NCBI GenBank assembly: GCA_965222225.1
Contig: CBDCTK010000002.1
Coordinates: 1,184,001-1,248,000, forward strand
From: Candidatus Poribacteria bacterium
GTDB lineage: Bacteria; Poribacteria; WGA-4E; JAJDTR01
DNA length: 64,000 bases
Direction of reading: 5' to 3'
Part shown: one piece after another, positions 21,976 through 33,335 of the stretch
How the letters are laid out: every line of letters starts with the position of its first letter
Numbering within the stretch: the first letter of the stretch is position 1
Notes under the pieces: model-generated
Told to the model about the DNA's origin: nothing
Database searches by the model: none
The model's input: only the letters and a program-made list of their open reading frames with translations
Made by a program: the position numbers and the translations under genes

Positions 21976-23883
21976 GTGCAAACGACGAATGTTCAAGTAA
22001 ACTCCATGTTTGGTAATGATGTGCAGTACATAATTCCTCTTTTTCAGCGACACTACGTCTGGGGTCAGGCAGGACAGTGGACACCTTTGTGGAAGGATAT
22101 AAAGGACAAGGCTTACCATAGGCTGTCTGAATCTCAAAGAGATCAGTTCTCTCATTTTACGGGTGCTATCGTCATACAGCAAAAACAGACTAATGTGGAC
22201 GAAGTACAAAAATACGAAATTATTGACGGACAGCAGCGCCTAACAACCTTTCAGGTCATCCTTTGCGCTATCAGAGATGTATGCAATTCATGCGGATTTG
22301 AGAAAATTGGGGCGGAGGCAGTTCGACACATGCTAAATCAAGGAACACTGTTAGACAACTCAGACAGTGAGAAATACAAACTTCTCCCGACAGAGTTTGA
22401 TAGGGCTCCATTCATCTCATTGACTGATGGGCGTGTAGATGAGAGCAGCGGACGAATTTGTATAGCCTATAATTATTTTAAGAAAGAAATCGAAGATTAT
22501 GTGAACCGTGATAGGAACAAGACGCTTGCCCTGTTTCGCTCTATCTTAAACGACTTTGGTTTTGTCCAGATACTGCTTGATGCAGGGGACGAGCCCGAGA
22601 GAATTTTTGAATCGCTCAATGCAAGGGCTAAACCTCTACTTCAATTTGATTTGCTCAGGAACAATCTGTTTCTAAGGGCTCGAATTGAAGAAGGTAGAGA
22701 TAGGCTATATGAAGACTATTGGAAGCATTTCGAAAGTACGTACTGGGAAAAAGAAGTAACGGTTGGGAGAGAGAAGATGATGCTTTCTGAACGATTTTTC
22801 CAACACTATCTTATGGCAAGACTCGGTGAGGTGAGCGTTAGCCCACTGTTTAGTGTATATCAAGAACGGCTTGCACAAAACGAGGGAGTCGAACAAGAAC
22901 TGTCAGCGCTAAAACAATATTCAGAGATTTATCAAGAAATGACAGATTGCTCCCCTGATTCCGAAATTGGGCAGGCGATGTCATTTTACAATACCTTTGA
23001 TATTACCTCTTTGCACCCATTTATACTTTTCGCGATAAATGAGTTAAGAGTGTCTGGCTCAGATCTCTCCTTAGTTTTCCAGATTTTAGAGTCTTATACC
23101 ATGCGTCGTCTACTGTGTAACACATCAGGCGCTAAGAACTATAACAGACTCTTTTCTAAATTGATTCAGAGGCTGAAAGGAAGGCGTTTTGACGTGGGGC
23201 AATTCTTAAAGTTGCTATCTGATGAAAAGGCACACTCGAATTGGTGGCCGAGTAATCGTGAGGTTTCCAATACTATGTGCTGGATTACGGATACAAAGGC
23301 TAATCGTTACATTTTGTATCGGATTGAATTAAAGAAACGAGTAGAGAACCAATCGCTTGAAAGCAACGAGTTGGACTTTAACAACCCGCTGAGTTTAGAA
23401 CATATAATGCCCCAAAAATGGGAGAACACATGGTCTTTACCGCTGCTGGCGGATGGCGACCCTCCTGACTTGAATCCTCTGTATGATTGCAAGGAGAGAA
23501 TTCTTTACAAGAACTTATTTCATAATGAATACCGCGAGAATAACCCAGAATGGAAAACGAACCCGTTAGAGGAGGGATTGGCTGACGAATCGTACAAATC
23601 AGCACTGATGGTCGCAGGATTCAGACGTGAGGATTTACACCACTTTGGTAACCTAACGCTTGTCACAGGATCACTTAATTCCAGTCTGTCAAACAGACCA
23701 TTTTCTGAGAAGAAATCGGGGTTATTTCAAAACTCACTGCTGGTTTTGAACAGAGAAATTTGTGAGTACGATACCTGGGATATTCCGCAAATCGCACATC
23801 GTACGAGCGACTTGTGTAACTATTTCTACTCAATATGGCCATCTGCGGAGAGTTTTGCGGAAAGCATTGGAGAACCATTATAG
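21976..23883 (+). CDS. DUF262+DUF1524 GmrSD-like type IV restriction endonuclease
   Basis: IPLFQRHYVW, IIDGQQRLTT, IFESLNARAKPL, SLEHIMPQ, GNLTLV..SLNSSLSN. Confidence 0.9.
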   Translation: MQTTNVQVNSMFGNDVQYIIPLFQRHYVWGQAGQWTPLWKDIKDKAYHRLSESQRDQFSHFTGAIVIQQKQTNVDEVQKYEIIDGQQRLTTFQVILCAIRDVCNSCGFEKIGAEAVRHMLNQGTLLDNSDSEKYKLLPTEFDRAPFISLTDGRVDESSGRICIAYNYFKKEIEDYVNRDRNKTLALFRSILNDFGFVQILLDAGDEPERIFESLNARAKPLLQFDLLRNNLFLRARIEEGRDRLYEDYWKHFESTYWEKEVTVGREKMMLSERFFQHYLMARLGEVSVSPLFSVYQERLAQNEGVEQELSALKQYSEIYQEMTDCSPDSEIGQAMSFYNTFDITSLHPFILFAINELRVSGSDLSLVFQILESYTMRRLLCNTSGAKNYNRLFSKLIQRLKGRRFDVGQFLKLLSDEKAHSNWWPSNREVSNTMCWITDTKANRYILYRIELKKRVENQSLESNELDFNNPLSLEHIMPQKWENTWSLPLLADGDPPDLNPLYDCKERILYKNLFHNEYRENNPEWKTNPLEEGLADESYKSALMVAGFRREDLHHFGNLTLVTGSLNSSLSNRPFSEKKSGLFQNSLLVLNREICEYDTWDIPQIAHRTSDLCNYFYSIWPSAESFAESIGEPL

Positions 23884-24125
23884 CCTTTAAGTTCAAAACT
23901 GGCAGCATCTCCTTAGCCAAAGGAAGAAATCAGGTCGGCTCACAAACAGATGATTTAGTCTGTGAAGTACGGCGGAAATACTCACCACACGAACTACCAC
24001 TCCTAAGAAAGTGAGCGATCAGCCGACGGGATGATGAAAAGCGGACCGAAAGATGCCTGGAAAGGAGACTCACAAATAGGAAACAGCCACGCGCCGTTCC
24101 CCCAACCCCAAAAAGGGAAACACTT

Positions 24126-24614
24126 ATGTTCATTCACATCGCAGCCGGCAGCGCAACCGAAACTTTAATCAATCTTAACTTTGCTCTATCCATCACACTC
24201 CAATCCTATGAAAGCGGCTATCAACTTGTGGCAGATTTCACTAATAATTGCAAGCCGTTAAAGCATCTAGCATCTGAAGGTGAAAGAATCGTCATTCTGA
24301 GAGGACCTTGCACCAAAGAATATGCCGATATTCAACGAAACAAACTCTTGGCCCAAAGCCCGGAATACGACAGGTTTGCACGCAGCGTGGATGGCGTTTG
24401 TTTTGACCTACACGACATCGCTAGTGTCGTAAAATGGTACGACGATAGGAAGTGTGCTTTTCGTGTTACAGCCTACTTCGCATCTGACGTACGGAAATCA
24501 CCGTCCGCCCGCGCCAGCGCGGATTTGGAATGTCTTAGCAGCAAATGTGTTGCCAATGAGTTTTTTGGTGTTTTTGCAATTAAGTGCAGCGCAATCCGGT
24601 TAGAAGACGATTAA
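24126..24614 (+). CDS. Hypothetical protein
   Basis: 162-aa ORF with purine-rich RBS; N-terminus (MFI..TL.NLN) resembles 41714. Confidence 0.6.
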   Translation: MFIHIAAGSATETLINLNFALSITLQSYESGYQLVADFTNNCKPLKHLASEGERIVILRGPCTKEYADIQRNKLLAQSPEYDRFARSVDGVCFDLHDIASVVKWYDDRKCAFRVTAYFASDVRKSPSARASADLECLSSKCVANEFFGVFAIKCSAIRLEDD

Positions 24615-24837
24615 CCCGCGACGCAGCTCCACCGGTAATCTCTCATAATCGGTCGCCATGCGTGACATCTTAGTCCGTATACCTCACTGGGCAGTAACCA
24701 TTTTTATTTGCACTATGTGCTTTCTCGGCATTGACCAAGCCAGCGAAAACGGGTACACACCTTGCCATAATCTGTTACGGCACACTAATTCTTGAGCGTT
24801 TCACATCATCTCTTAACCAAAAACAACAAGACACCGA

Positions 24838-25179
24838 ATGAACTTACGTTCTCAAACTAACCCCTGTCCTATGAACGCCGGCACCGTCGTCATAGTCATG
24901 GGCATCGCCACTTTCATCTCCATGCCAGGCAGTGAATTGATACGGGCATACGGGGGGTTCTGGTCTCTTTACATTTGGGGCATTATTGCCTGCATTTTCG
25001 CATTCGGCGGGATACTATTCATGCTGATACTCCGGGGCAAACGCTACAAATACAAACACGAAGCCATCTACGCCACAATCTTCACAATTCCCACAATCAT
25101 CGCGATGACCGGCTTACACCTATTAGCAAGCCATTACTTAAAACCATCATTAGCCCAATTGCTAGACCATATGATATAG
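24838..25179 (+). CDS. Small membrane protein (about 3 TM)
   Basis: Three hydrophobic segments. Confidence 0.6.
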   Translation: MNLRSQTNPCPMNAGTVVIVMGIATFISMPGSELIRAYGGFWSLYIWGIIACIFAFGGILFMLILRGKRYKYKHEAIYATIFTIPTIIAMTGLHLLASHYLKPSLAQLLDHMI

Positions 25180-25210
25180 CCTAAAAATCGAAGGCATAAG
25201 GAGAATAATC

Positions 25211-26664
25211 ATGGAGCAACTCGGCTATATCGCCCTCGGCTGTGTTCTGGTATTAGTCGTGCTGGGACTGCGGCGCGTGGACTGGTCGAATATCAGGTTG
25301 CCGACATTTGGGTGGGGTAAGTTGGCACCCAGAACGAAGAACTCACTGCTATTGAGTGTCGCGTTTCGCGCTGTGCTGGCGTTGATTGGTGCGTTATTCA
25401 TTGTTACGAAGGACATCGAACACGACGCTATCAACGTGGAATGGGTGAAGATACCGCGGACACCGCGGCGCCTAAAGACACCTGAAGTCAAACCTGTCCA
25501 ACCTCGAATTATACCGCCTCGTGATTTGGCGACGCATCGAGTAACGCCGACGGCAAAACCGGTCGATGCCAGTGGTCGAAAAGAGTATTGATTTATCGAT
25601 AGACGCTTCGGAGGCGAAGGTGGGTGATGTAAAGACTGAGACGAGACAAGCGACTAATCCGCGTGAGGTTACGCTTGCTCGGAGTGCCGGTGATACGGGT
25701 ACAGGGAGGAAGGGGACGATTACAGGGCGAGTCAATGCGCCGGCGGGGACGGGCTAGGGTGAGGGAAAAGGGCGATTGGGAAAAACAATGGTTGAATCAA
25801 CCGGGACGGCGGACTCGACGAGTTTGGAGGGAGGGGACTTTTCACATCTTGAATCAGTTCCTGATGACGAGCTCGGCACAATTCTCACGGGCGAAGGCAA
25901 GGACATCTCCGGCCATATTCGCATGATTCGTCTGAAACACTCGCTTTCGGACTGGTGGCAAGACCCGACGGCTCTTCCTAGCTTTATGAAGTGGCTTTCC
26001 GAGAACACCCGGGTTCGGGCGGATATGAAGTATAAGGGCGGGTCGCTTCGATTAACCGAGCCGGAGATTCAAGACGCTCCGTTGGTTTTCATGACCGGAC
26101 ACGACAAGGATATAACCGTCGGTCGCGGTCTGGCTAAAGACGGCCCCCCTATCGGACGGGTTTACCGCCGAGGAACGCGCAGCCCTGCGGAAGTATATCA
26201 TCGACCGCGACGGGCTGCTTTTCTTCGATGATTGCGGGTTCAACGGACTCTTTGCTCAACAAGTCGCCGTCGAGCTAGGCAAAGTCTTTCCGGAGTATCC
26301 GCTCAAGGATATTCCACATAACCATGAAATCTACAAATGTTACTACACTTTGCCGCGACCACCTCGAGGCGGCGACGTGTTTTGGAGTGCTCCGGGCGCA
26401 GCCCAAGGCACGGGAGGCGTCTATCGACCAATCTCGTCTAAGTTCGCGTACCAGAAAGGAATCTCGATTGGCAGCAGATTAGCCGTCGTCTATAACCGCA
26501 AAGATTACATGTGCTCGATGGAGACCGCGGAAGTCGATAGTCGTGCGAGACTTCGAGACAGGCGATCGCCCGACGTTCACCGATTCATGACCAACCTGTT
26601 GGTCTACGCCATGAAATACGGCGGCAACACCAACCGAACCAACTACCAATCACTTAGTCAATAA
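25211..26664 (+). pseudogene. DUF4159-domain membrane-anchored protein, copy 1 (disrupted)
   Basis: Aligns to 47124-48587; 26-bp deletion near 25567 between CGGTCGAT microhomologies, TAG at 25755, extra C near 26145. Confidence 0.85.
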
Positions 26665-26674
26665 GGAGATACAA

Positions 26675-27142
26675 GTGAACTTCAAACAAAAGATCTGCTA
26701 CACCACCCTCGGCGCTGGCATCATGCTCATGGGCATGCTCGCGTCTCATCTTATCGCACCCCTCACCGCCCAAAACGACACGTTCGACGAAATTATTTGT
26801 CGTTCGTTAAAGGTTGTAGATACTGACGGTAGAATGACAGCACATCTAAAAACCGGTGCTGATGACGACGGATCTCATGGAGTGTTAAAATTGATGGGAA
26901 ACAAAGAGGCAAACGGTATACTTTTAGAGCCTCGTATCTTTGCTTTCGTACACAATAATAAGCTGGCTGTTACGCTATCGATAGATTCCTCAGATTTTAT
27001 AACTAACGCCCGCGAATTAAAGTTTTATAAACCTGATGGTAGGAACACCTGTTTTTACATCGTTGGTAGTCCGACTGGTGGGCAGATAGGAATCACAGAA
27101 GCAGACGGTAAAAGGCACATATTTCCGAGTTGGAAAGACTAA
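26675..27142 (+). CDS. Exported hypothetical protein ('FDEI.C..L.VV' family)
   Basis: AAGGAG RBS, signal peptide; paralogous N-termini at 27951, 48609 and 58273. Confidence 0.75.
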   Translation: MNFKQKICYTTLGAGIMLMGMLASHLIAPLTAQNDTFDEIICRSLKVVDTDGRMTAHLKTGADDDGSHGVLKLMGNKEANGILLEPRIFAFVHNNKLAVTLSIDSSDFITNARELKFYKPDGRNTCFYIVGSPTGGQIGITEADGKRHIFPSWKD

Positions 27143-27266
27143 GAAGAATAAGCTATGGCGATCCAACGGTGGAAATACGGACAGGACAAACTATCAATGC
27201 TAAGCTAGTGAATAGGCACTTAGCCAATCCTATCAAACCAAAATTCGGGGAGGAAAAAAACGGATT

Positions 27267-27721
27267 ATGGAAACCTACTGCATGAACACTAACTTGAAGT
27301 ACACCGAGGACGATCAGCATCAGGTCTGGATCGACAACAATCTTGCCTTTATACACGCGGCTGAACCTGAACCGCCGGGCTTGCTTGACCCCAAGCCCGG
27401 CGACCAGATGCTCATGTGGATTAACTCTCGAGGAGTTGGTGCTATAGGCTGTGTCCAAGACACTTGGGACAGTGTCCCTTAACTGATTGCATGATCCGAA
27501 TTAAGCCGTCCGCACGAGACGATAATAGGTTCGAACATCGGCTCGCTGTCAATTGGTATTTACTACTTGCACAACCTATCACCTACAACGAAACCAGAAG
27601 CCAATATCAGATTCCACTGGTAACTGCCCCAACGATTCAACGCATCGATAAACATAGGGCAAAAGCCCTTGAGCTTATTGTCCGGCAATTCACCGAACGA
27701 AATTGGTACAGGTGTGCTTAA
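27267..27721 (+). pseudogene. EVE/PUA-like domain protein split by a 1-nt frameshift (possibly a sequencing error)
   Basis: PGDQMLMW..RGVGAIG.V and RLAVNW pattern; ORFs 27267 and 27464 join with one added base near 27478. Confidence 0.45.
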
Positions 27722-27838
27722 TTCACGACCTTCTTGATGAAAGAAATCGGTCGATTCATCCTCATTTTTATACCGTCATTCTGCGTCGGCTAATTGTTGC
27801 CCGACGAATGGATGACGGTTTCACTTTGGAAATAGGGA

Positions 27839-27872
27839 ATCAACCGAGCGGATAGCGAGGGCGATAGTCATC
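27839..27872 (+). repeat. 34-bp variable-slot unit
   Basis: ATCAA CC GA GC GGAT A GC GA GG GCGATAG TC ATC. Confidence 0.85.
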
Positions 27873-27950
27873 CTTGAGCTGGTGACACAACGTGCGGCGG
27901 GAATACTGACAGGTCAAACTGCCAATCGCTTAGCCAATAAGGAGATACAA

Positions 27951-28585
27951 GTGAACTTCAAACAAAACTCGGCTACACCGCTTTCGGCGCTGCCATAATG
28001 CTCATCGGCGTGCTTGCCGCAAACAATCTAACCCCCATTGCCGCCCAAAATAATGGTGTCTTTGATGAAATCACCTGCAAGAGGTTGGTTGTGTCTAATA
28101 ACTGGAAAATGAATGTGGTTTTAGCTGGCACTGAAAATGGCGGATACATAAGCGTACTCGATAAAGATGAAAATGACAGAATACAATTATCAATACAACA
28201 GAGGGAGACCGATTCATCTATTCTCCAACCTTCGTTGGTATTTACTGGCGGTAACGGAGAGATAAGAATGAACAATAGCAGCAACGACAAGGTTGCAATT
28301 AGATTGGCGACCAGTGAAAACCCTTCGACGTCAAACCTACTATTACGTGATAACACGGGAAAGAACACTGCTGCTTTGTGGAGTATTTCACAAGGTCCAC
28401 AACTCGCGCTCTACGGCCCACAGCAATCTTTCACAGAAGATATACAGAATCCTTTTGTTAGACTTCGAGCAACCAAGAGTGGCGGTCTACTAACTCTTTC
28501 ACATGGCACGGATACGCCTCCTGGTGCTTTTCTAATTGATGAGTCGGATAAAAGCATCTTAATCTGTGACAAAGTACTTGACTAA
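27951..28585 (+). CDS. Exported hypothetical protein ('FDEI.C..L.VV' family), 1-nt frameshift near codon 6
   Basis: AAGGAGATACAA-GTG AAC TTC AAA CAA matches 26675; an A is missing in CAAAACTC; preceded by a 46-bp copy of the DUF4159 gene 3' end. Confidence 0.7.
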
Positions 28586-28820
28586 ACCCATGATCCCACT
28601 AACCACTAGTCCTATAAGGGGGCCATCCCAATGGAAGTTAAAGGCGCACGTGCAAAAATCAACACTTGGCCCTACAGAAACCCCTATGGCTGGTAGAACA
28701 AAGCCGTCCAGAAAATCGCCGACCTTACCTTGAAAGGGAGAACCAACGATTGATGAGAGAACTGATAAGTGTTTAGTGGCTAGTAGTTAGTGATTAATAA
28801 AACGCCTGCAGCCTAAAATG

Positions 28821-28841
28821 CGCAATGAATTGCACTACTAC
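28821..28841 (-). repeat. GTAG-type REP-like palindrome
   Basis: GTAGTAGTGCAATTCATTGCG on the minus strand. Confidence 0.5.
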
Positions 28842-29079
28842 GAATCTGAAACCAGTGACTAATTCCACTAGGGGTGCTTCTACAATAACAAAATATGGCA
28901 AGCGCTGGTCGATCCTTATACCCTTAAAATTATGAGCGGTTGCCCTGCATTCGACCTAGAAATCAATAGACTAAACAATTACCAAAAAAGAATAACAGGC
29001 AGGGGCCGCATCAACACTGTTCAATTTTACGCGCTGGCGGAAGAACAACAGTAATTCTGATCGGATTTTCTGTGCAGCG

Positions 29080-30369
29080 TTACTTTGGTATCTCTGCGGT
29101 GATTACGCGCGGTCCGCTCGCAGTAATCAGCACATTATCCTCTATTCGAATACCCGCGACAGATCTCCAGGCGTCGAGCGATTCCCAAGCTACGCTGTTG
29201 CGGAAACGCTCACGCTTCGCCGGATCATCAAGGATTGCGGGCACAAAGTAGATTCCGGGCTCCAGCGTCATCAGGAAGTTTTCTTCCAGTGGAAAATTTA
29301 TTCTCACGCGCACACCGCAGCACGGCTGAATTTCGTCGCGTCCCGGGGAATGTCCGCCAACATCGCGCACCCCGAGTCCCGTCATGTGACCGATGCCGTG
29401 CGGAAAGAATAGGGCAATCGCTCCCGAATCGAGAAGACCTTCTACATCGCCTTTGAGGATTCCTATATCTCGCAATCCATGTGCAAGGACGCTCGCCGCT
29501 GCACGGTGTACATCGTGCCACTCCGTGCCAACGCAGCATTTTGAAATCCCCTCAGACTCTGCGGCAAGTACTAGGTCGTAGATGGCTTGCTGTCTCGGCG
29601 TAAACCTATCCCTCGCTGGATAAGTGCGTGTCACATCTGCCGTGTAGCCGGATATCGCCCCCCCAGCATCTATAAGCACCAGATCGTCGGGCTTCACAAT
29701 CCGTTCGCCAGGTTCGAAGTGGAGCACTGCCGCATGAGAACCGACTCCCACAATTGTGCCGTACCCCACGGCATCTGCCCCTTGGCGAAACATTTCCGCT
29801 TCCAGCTCAATTTGGATATGACGCTCACTTATTCCTGGCTGAATCACCTCGCGTGCTTTCGCATGTCCCGCCGCCGTGGCTTTGACTGCACGTCCAAGAA
29901 GCTCTATTTCGGCAGAATCTTTTCGCCTTCGTACCGCGTCAAGACGTACTCGCATATCCCGGTTGAGTTCTTTGTCACTTCCGATGTCGCTTGCGACGCA
30001 ATGAACCGGTGAACCAAGCATTGCTATCTCCGAATCGCTATATCGCTTTAACCTGTCGGAGAGCCCAGCAACATCTTCTCCTTCAGGGGCGTCGGCGTTT
30101 CCTTCCCATAACCGCTCTGATGGCGTGACTGGACGTACGAAGTGGGTCCAGCCCTCCTGCTGATTGAACGCAAGAACCCCGCCAGATCGTTGTGAGCCAG
30201 TCAGCCAGTAATATTCCGGATGCGCCGTAAACGGATAGGTTTGGTCAAGCCCGCCAGGTTTGGGAATTGGTTCTCCCGCACCAATTAGAACAGTCGGCAC
30301 CCGGCTTCCGAACGCTTCCGCAGCGCGACGCCTTCTTCCTTCCAGAATGTCCCTTTCAAATATCGCCAT
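29080..30369 (-). CDS. Xaa-Pro aminopeptidase (M24B)
   Basis: LIDAG..Y.ADVTRT, PHGIGH.GL.V.D, TLEPGIYF, IRIEDNV. Confidence 0.93.
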   Translation of the reverse strand: MAIFERDILEGRRRRAAEAFGSRVPTVLIGAGEPIPKPGGLDQTYPFTAHPEYYWLTGSQRSGGVLAFNQQEGWTHFVRPVTPSERLWEGNADAPEGEDVAGLSDRLKRYSDSEIAMLGSPVHCVASDIGSDKELNRDMRVRLDAVRRRKDSAEIELLGRAVKATAAGHAKAREVIQPGISERHIQIELEAEMFRQGADAVGYGTIVGVGSHAAVLHFEPGERIVKPDDLVLIDAGGAISGYTADVTRTYPARDRFTPRQQAIYDLVLAAESEGISKCCVGTEWHDVHRAAASVLAHGLRDIGILKGDVEGLLDSGAIALFFPHGIGHMTGLGVRDVGGHSPGRDEIQPCCGVRVRINFPLEENFLMTLEPGIYFVPAILDDPAKRERFRNSVAWESLDAWRSVAGIRIEDNVLITASGPRVITAEIPK

Positions 30370-30434
30370 TTTCTACCTCTCGACTCCGTGCGTTTTGACT
30401 CGTTTACACATCGAAAAATGTTGGCTCTTACCGT

Positions 30435-32987
30435 CTATCCACCTAATAAACCGTTAAACAGCAACTTGAACGTTCCGTGGGTTGTAGCGCGGAACTGAAC
30501 ACGGAACCCATACAAAATAACCCTTCCCTTGCCATATGTGACTGATACTACAGCCGCGCGACTAGAAAGATGCTCCTCGCCAACAAGCCAGCCGCTTTGC
30601 AAGATGTCGCGCTCCGGATAGGACACCGCCACATGATACCGGTCGTTGAAATAAGAACTGTCGATCGAAAATACGGGGCTGTCCCAAAATAGAGCCAACG
30701 CGCCGGATGGCATACCGTAACCGAGTGGATGGGACGAGTCGACCTCAACGCGCAATGTGGAGCCCGGGCAGAAGAACTCTTTGCTCGGTTTGTTCTTCAC
30801 GACGTTTTTTATTTGCAGCCCCAGTTTTTCTATAGCGAATCCACATGCGCGGTTTATCGTTATCAGCGTGCCGCCGTTCTCAACAAAAGCCTTGATATTC
30901 TCTACCCCAATGTCACCGATTCCACTCCGGTACTTCTCAGGCACGGGCGTGTTTCGGAGCCGCTTCTCAATCTCTTCGTCTCCACCCACAATCATTTCCG
31001 TCGAATCATCAGGAAAGATAATGACTTCGTACCCCTCGTTAAGATTCCCCGCCACAATTCCCTCATCCCGCAAAGTTTCATACGAGAAACCGAATTGCTC
31101 TAGAGTCAGGCGCGTCCACCCCTCGTCAATGTTGCCTCCCCAATAGCGATTGTAAATACCGATGCGCCGGGCTTTGATTAAGCCCATTTCGCTGTTTAGG
31201 GAGCGATTCAGACCGGAGAACGACACTCCTGACGTGCTTGCCAATGTGTTCAAATCTTGCACCCCTATATCCTTAATCAGGAAACTGCCGACAGGTAAAA
31301 GTTCACTGCCCACCTCGATCTCCGTTGTCACCCGATAAATCTCCGAACCATTAGCAAGAAGTTGATTCACAACACGATACGCTTCGTTGAGACGCGAATC
31401 GATTACATAACCGTGTTTGCCAGTACCAATGACTTTGCCGTCAGGTGCTATCGGCTCGGTTACCCCGGTAAACGCGCGCCTCCTTGACGCAAGCACAGTG
31501 CAATCCGCCGGGACCGGTTCGGCGGTTACTCCCATCATTTCTGCCATCGTGTCTGTTACGGTATCGTATGGCCGATTCGGTGTGCCATCCTGAAAGCGCG
31601 TCCAGGCGTCGTCCGGGAAAAAAGTACGCTCTAGCAACGACTTGATTACGCCGCGTTTCGGTTGGTTGATTGGGAGAAAGAATGTACCTGCCGGATAAGT
31701 TATATTGCCCAGCCTCACTTGATGGCGCATTTTCTGAATTTCAATGCCTTGGAGCAGCAGCTTGTTGATTAGTGTATTGACCGTCAACGGGTCATGCTGG
31801 TCTTTCCTAATTAGGAATCCGGCGGAAGGCTCTTTTTCGCCCCGCTCAGTTTGTCGTAGTGCTTTCTGCACCGCGTTATTCAATACGGTTTCTCGATACT
31901 GCGCAGCGAGATGTAAAACTGCCTTTGATGCGATAAGTTGCTGCTCAATCATATCGCGAAGACTCCACCAACCTCCACGCCACGGGTTAGGAAAGTTGGT
32001 CTGCGCTTTGTAGTGGGGCATTCCGCGGAGCGTACCACCATCTCCTGCAAGTTGGTGAGGATGGATATAGATTGGAGTTGCCAGTCTAGCCTGCGCCGTT
32101 TCCGTCAGCATGCTGGCAACATTGTGATAGTTGCCCATCCAATGAAACCCAAGATGTGCCCAGCCGCCGAAAAGCGCGCCGTTGACCACCCCTTGAATAC
32201 CAGCTTCTTCAAGCTTGTACGCCATGTGACTCCCGTACCAACCGAGTTCGCGCCATACGAGTGGGTCGGCGTGCGGGTGAATCGGCTCGCAATATGGAAC
32301 GACAAATAACCGTGGGCCATATGCACCCATTTCATGATGGTCCTGAAACACCTGCGGATGCCACTCTTGAAACATGATACGCGCCATGTATTGCGATTCG
32401 ACCAGATTAAGCATGAACGCGTCTCGGTTATTATCGTGTCCGCAATATTTGTGATATAACCACGGCAACGGCGTTCCTTCGTATTCCGTACCAACGTATT
32501 CGTTGTACCAGTCAGTGACCATAATCTGGCCATCGGGGTTAAAACAGGGAATCATCAGAAAAATCGTGTTTTCTAAGATTTCTGTTGTTTCCCTGTCCGT
32601 ACCGCAGACCAAGTCGTAGGCTAACTCTGCCGACATTTGCGTCGCGGCAATCTCGCTCGCGTGTAGACTCATGCTCTGGCACACCACCGCGCGACCATTC
32701 TTGATTAAGCGGCTAATTCTTGCCTGAGACAATCCCCTCGGATCGGCAATCTGTGCATTGATTCTCTTCAGCTCATCCAGGCGCGCAAGATTGCTGGCAG
32801 ACGAGATAATTGCCAGTAAGAAAGGGTTCCCTTCCGTCGTTGCGCCCATATTGATCACTTGGATCTTTTCACTTCGATCATCCATTAGATTGAAGTAATC
32901 AACAATTTTGTCCCAGCGGGCAATATTACGGTCACTCCCGAGACGGAATCCGAAATACGATTCCGGCCTCGGAATGGTGTTGGACAT
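30435..32987 (-). CDS. M14 zinc carboxypeptidase family protein with C-terminal GATase-like domain
   Basis: HASE, NPDG, DNNRD, DHHEMG; DEGWTR in the C-terminal domain. Confidence 0.9.
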   Translation of the reverse strand: MSNTIPRPESYFGFRLGSDRNIARWDKIVDYFNLMDDRSEKIQVINMGATTEGNPFLLAIISSASNLARLDELKRINAQIADPRGLSQARISRLIKNGRAVVCQSMSLHASEIAATQMSAELAYDLVCGTDRETTEILENTIFLMIPCFNPDGQIMVTDWYNEYVGTEYEGTPLPWLYHKYCGHDNNRDAFMLNLVESQYMARIMFQEWHPQVFQDHHEMGAYGPRLFVVPYCEPIHPHADPLVWRELGWYGSHMAYKLEEAGIQGVVNGALFGGWAHLGFHWMGNYHNVASMLTETAQARLATPIYIHPHQLAGDGGTLRGMPHYKAQTNFPNPWRGGWWSLRDMIEQQLIASKAVLHLAAQYRETVLNNAVQKALRQTERGEKEPSAGFLIRKDQHDPLTVNTLINKLLLQGIEIQKMRHQVRLGNITYPAGTFFLPINQPKRGVIKSLLERTFFPDDAWTRFQDGTPNRPYDTVTDTMAEMMGVTAEPVPADCTVLASRRRAFTGVTEPIAPDGKVIGTGKHGYVIDSRLNEAYRVVNQLLANGSEIYRVTTEIEVGSELLPVGSFLIKDIGVQDLNTLASTSGVSFSGLNRSLNSEMGLIKARRIGIYNRYWGGNIDEGWTRLTLEQFGFSYETLRDEGIVAGNLNEGYEVIIFPDDSTEMIVGGDEEIEKRLRNTPVPEKYRSGIGDIGVENIKAFVENGGTLITINRACGFAIEKLGLQIKNVVKNKPSKEFFCPGSTLRVEVDSSHPLGYGMPSGALALFWDSPVFSIDSSYFNDRYHVAVSYPERDILQSGWLVGEEHLSSRAAVVSVTYGKGRVILYGFRVQFRATTHGTFKLLFNGLLGG

Positions 32988-33335
32988 AACACGGCTCCTT
33001 TTTTCCTAATAGAAAGGTTGAATACGTATCATCCTACGATTATTGTCGCTCTTCACAGGCTAAAATTATTCCACAATTCACTGCTTAGACACGTCTCATT
33101 TGCGCCAAGACAATCGTACCCGATTCTAGAAGATTGACAAGTCGTCTTTTTTCGATAGTAGGAGAATGCTTATGAAGTTGGTTCCGTAACGACGATAGCG
33201 GCGGAGATTTTGGTGAGGAGTTCGTTGAATCAATGAAATGATGGATGGGTTTACAAATTGCAACTACGGTAGAACAAACCTTGTCGTAGAATTGGACCAA
33301 TTCTATGGACGGCACGGGGGCTGTTACAGTCGAAA

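Noticed and set aside
24016-24055. Possible degenerate variable-slot unit (GATCAG CC GA CG GGAT G AT GA AA)
   Set aside because: Several scaffold mismatches and no GCGATAG; not counted.
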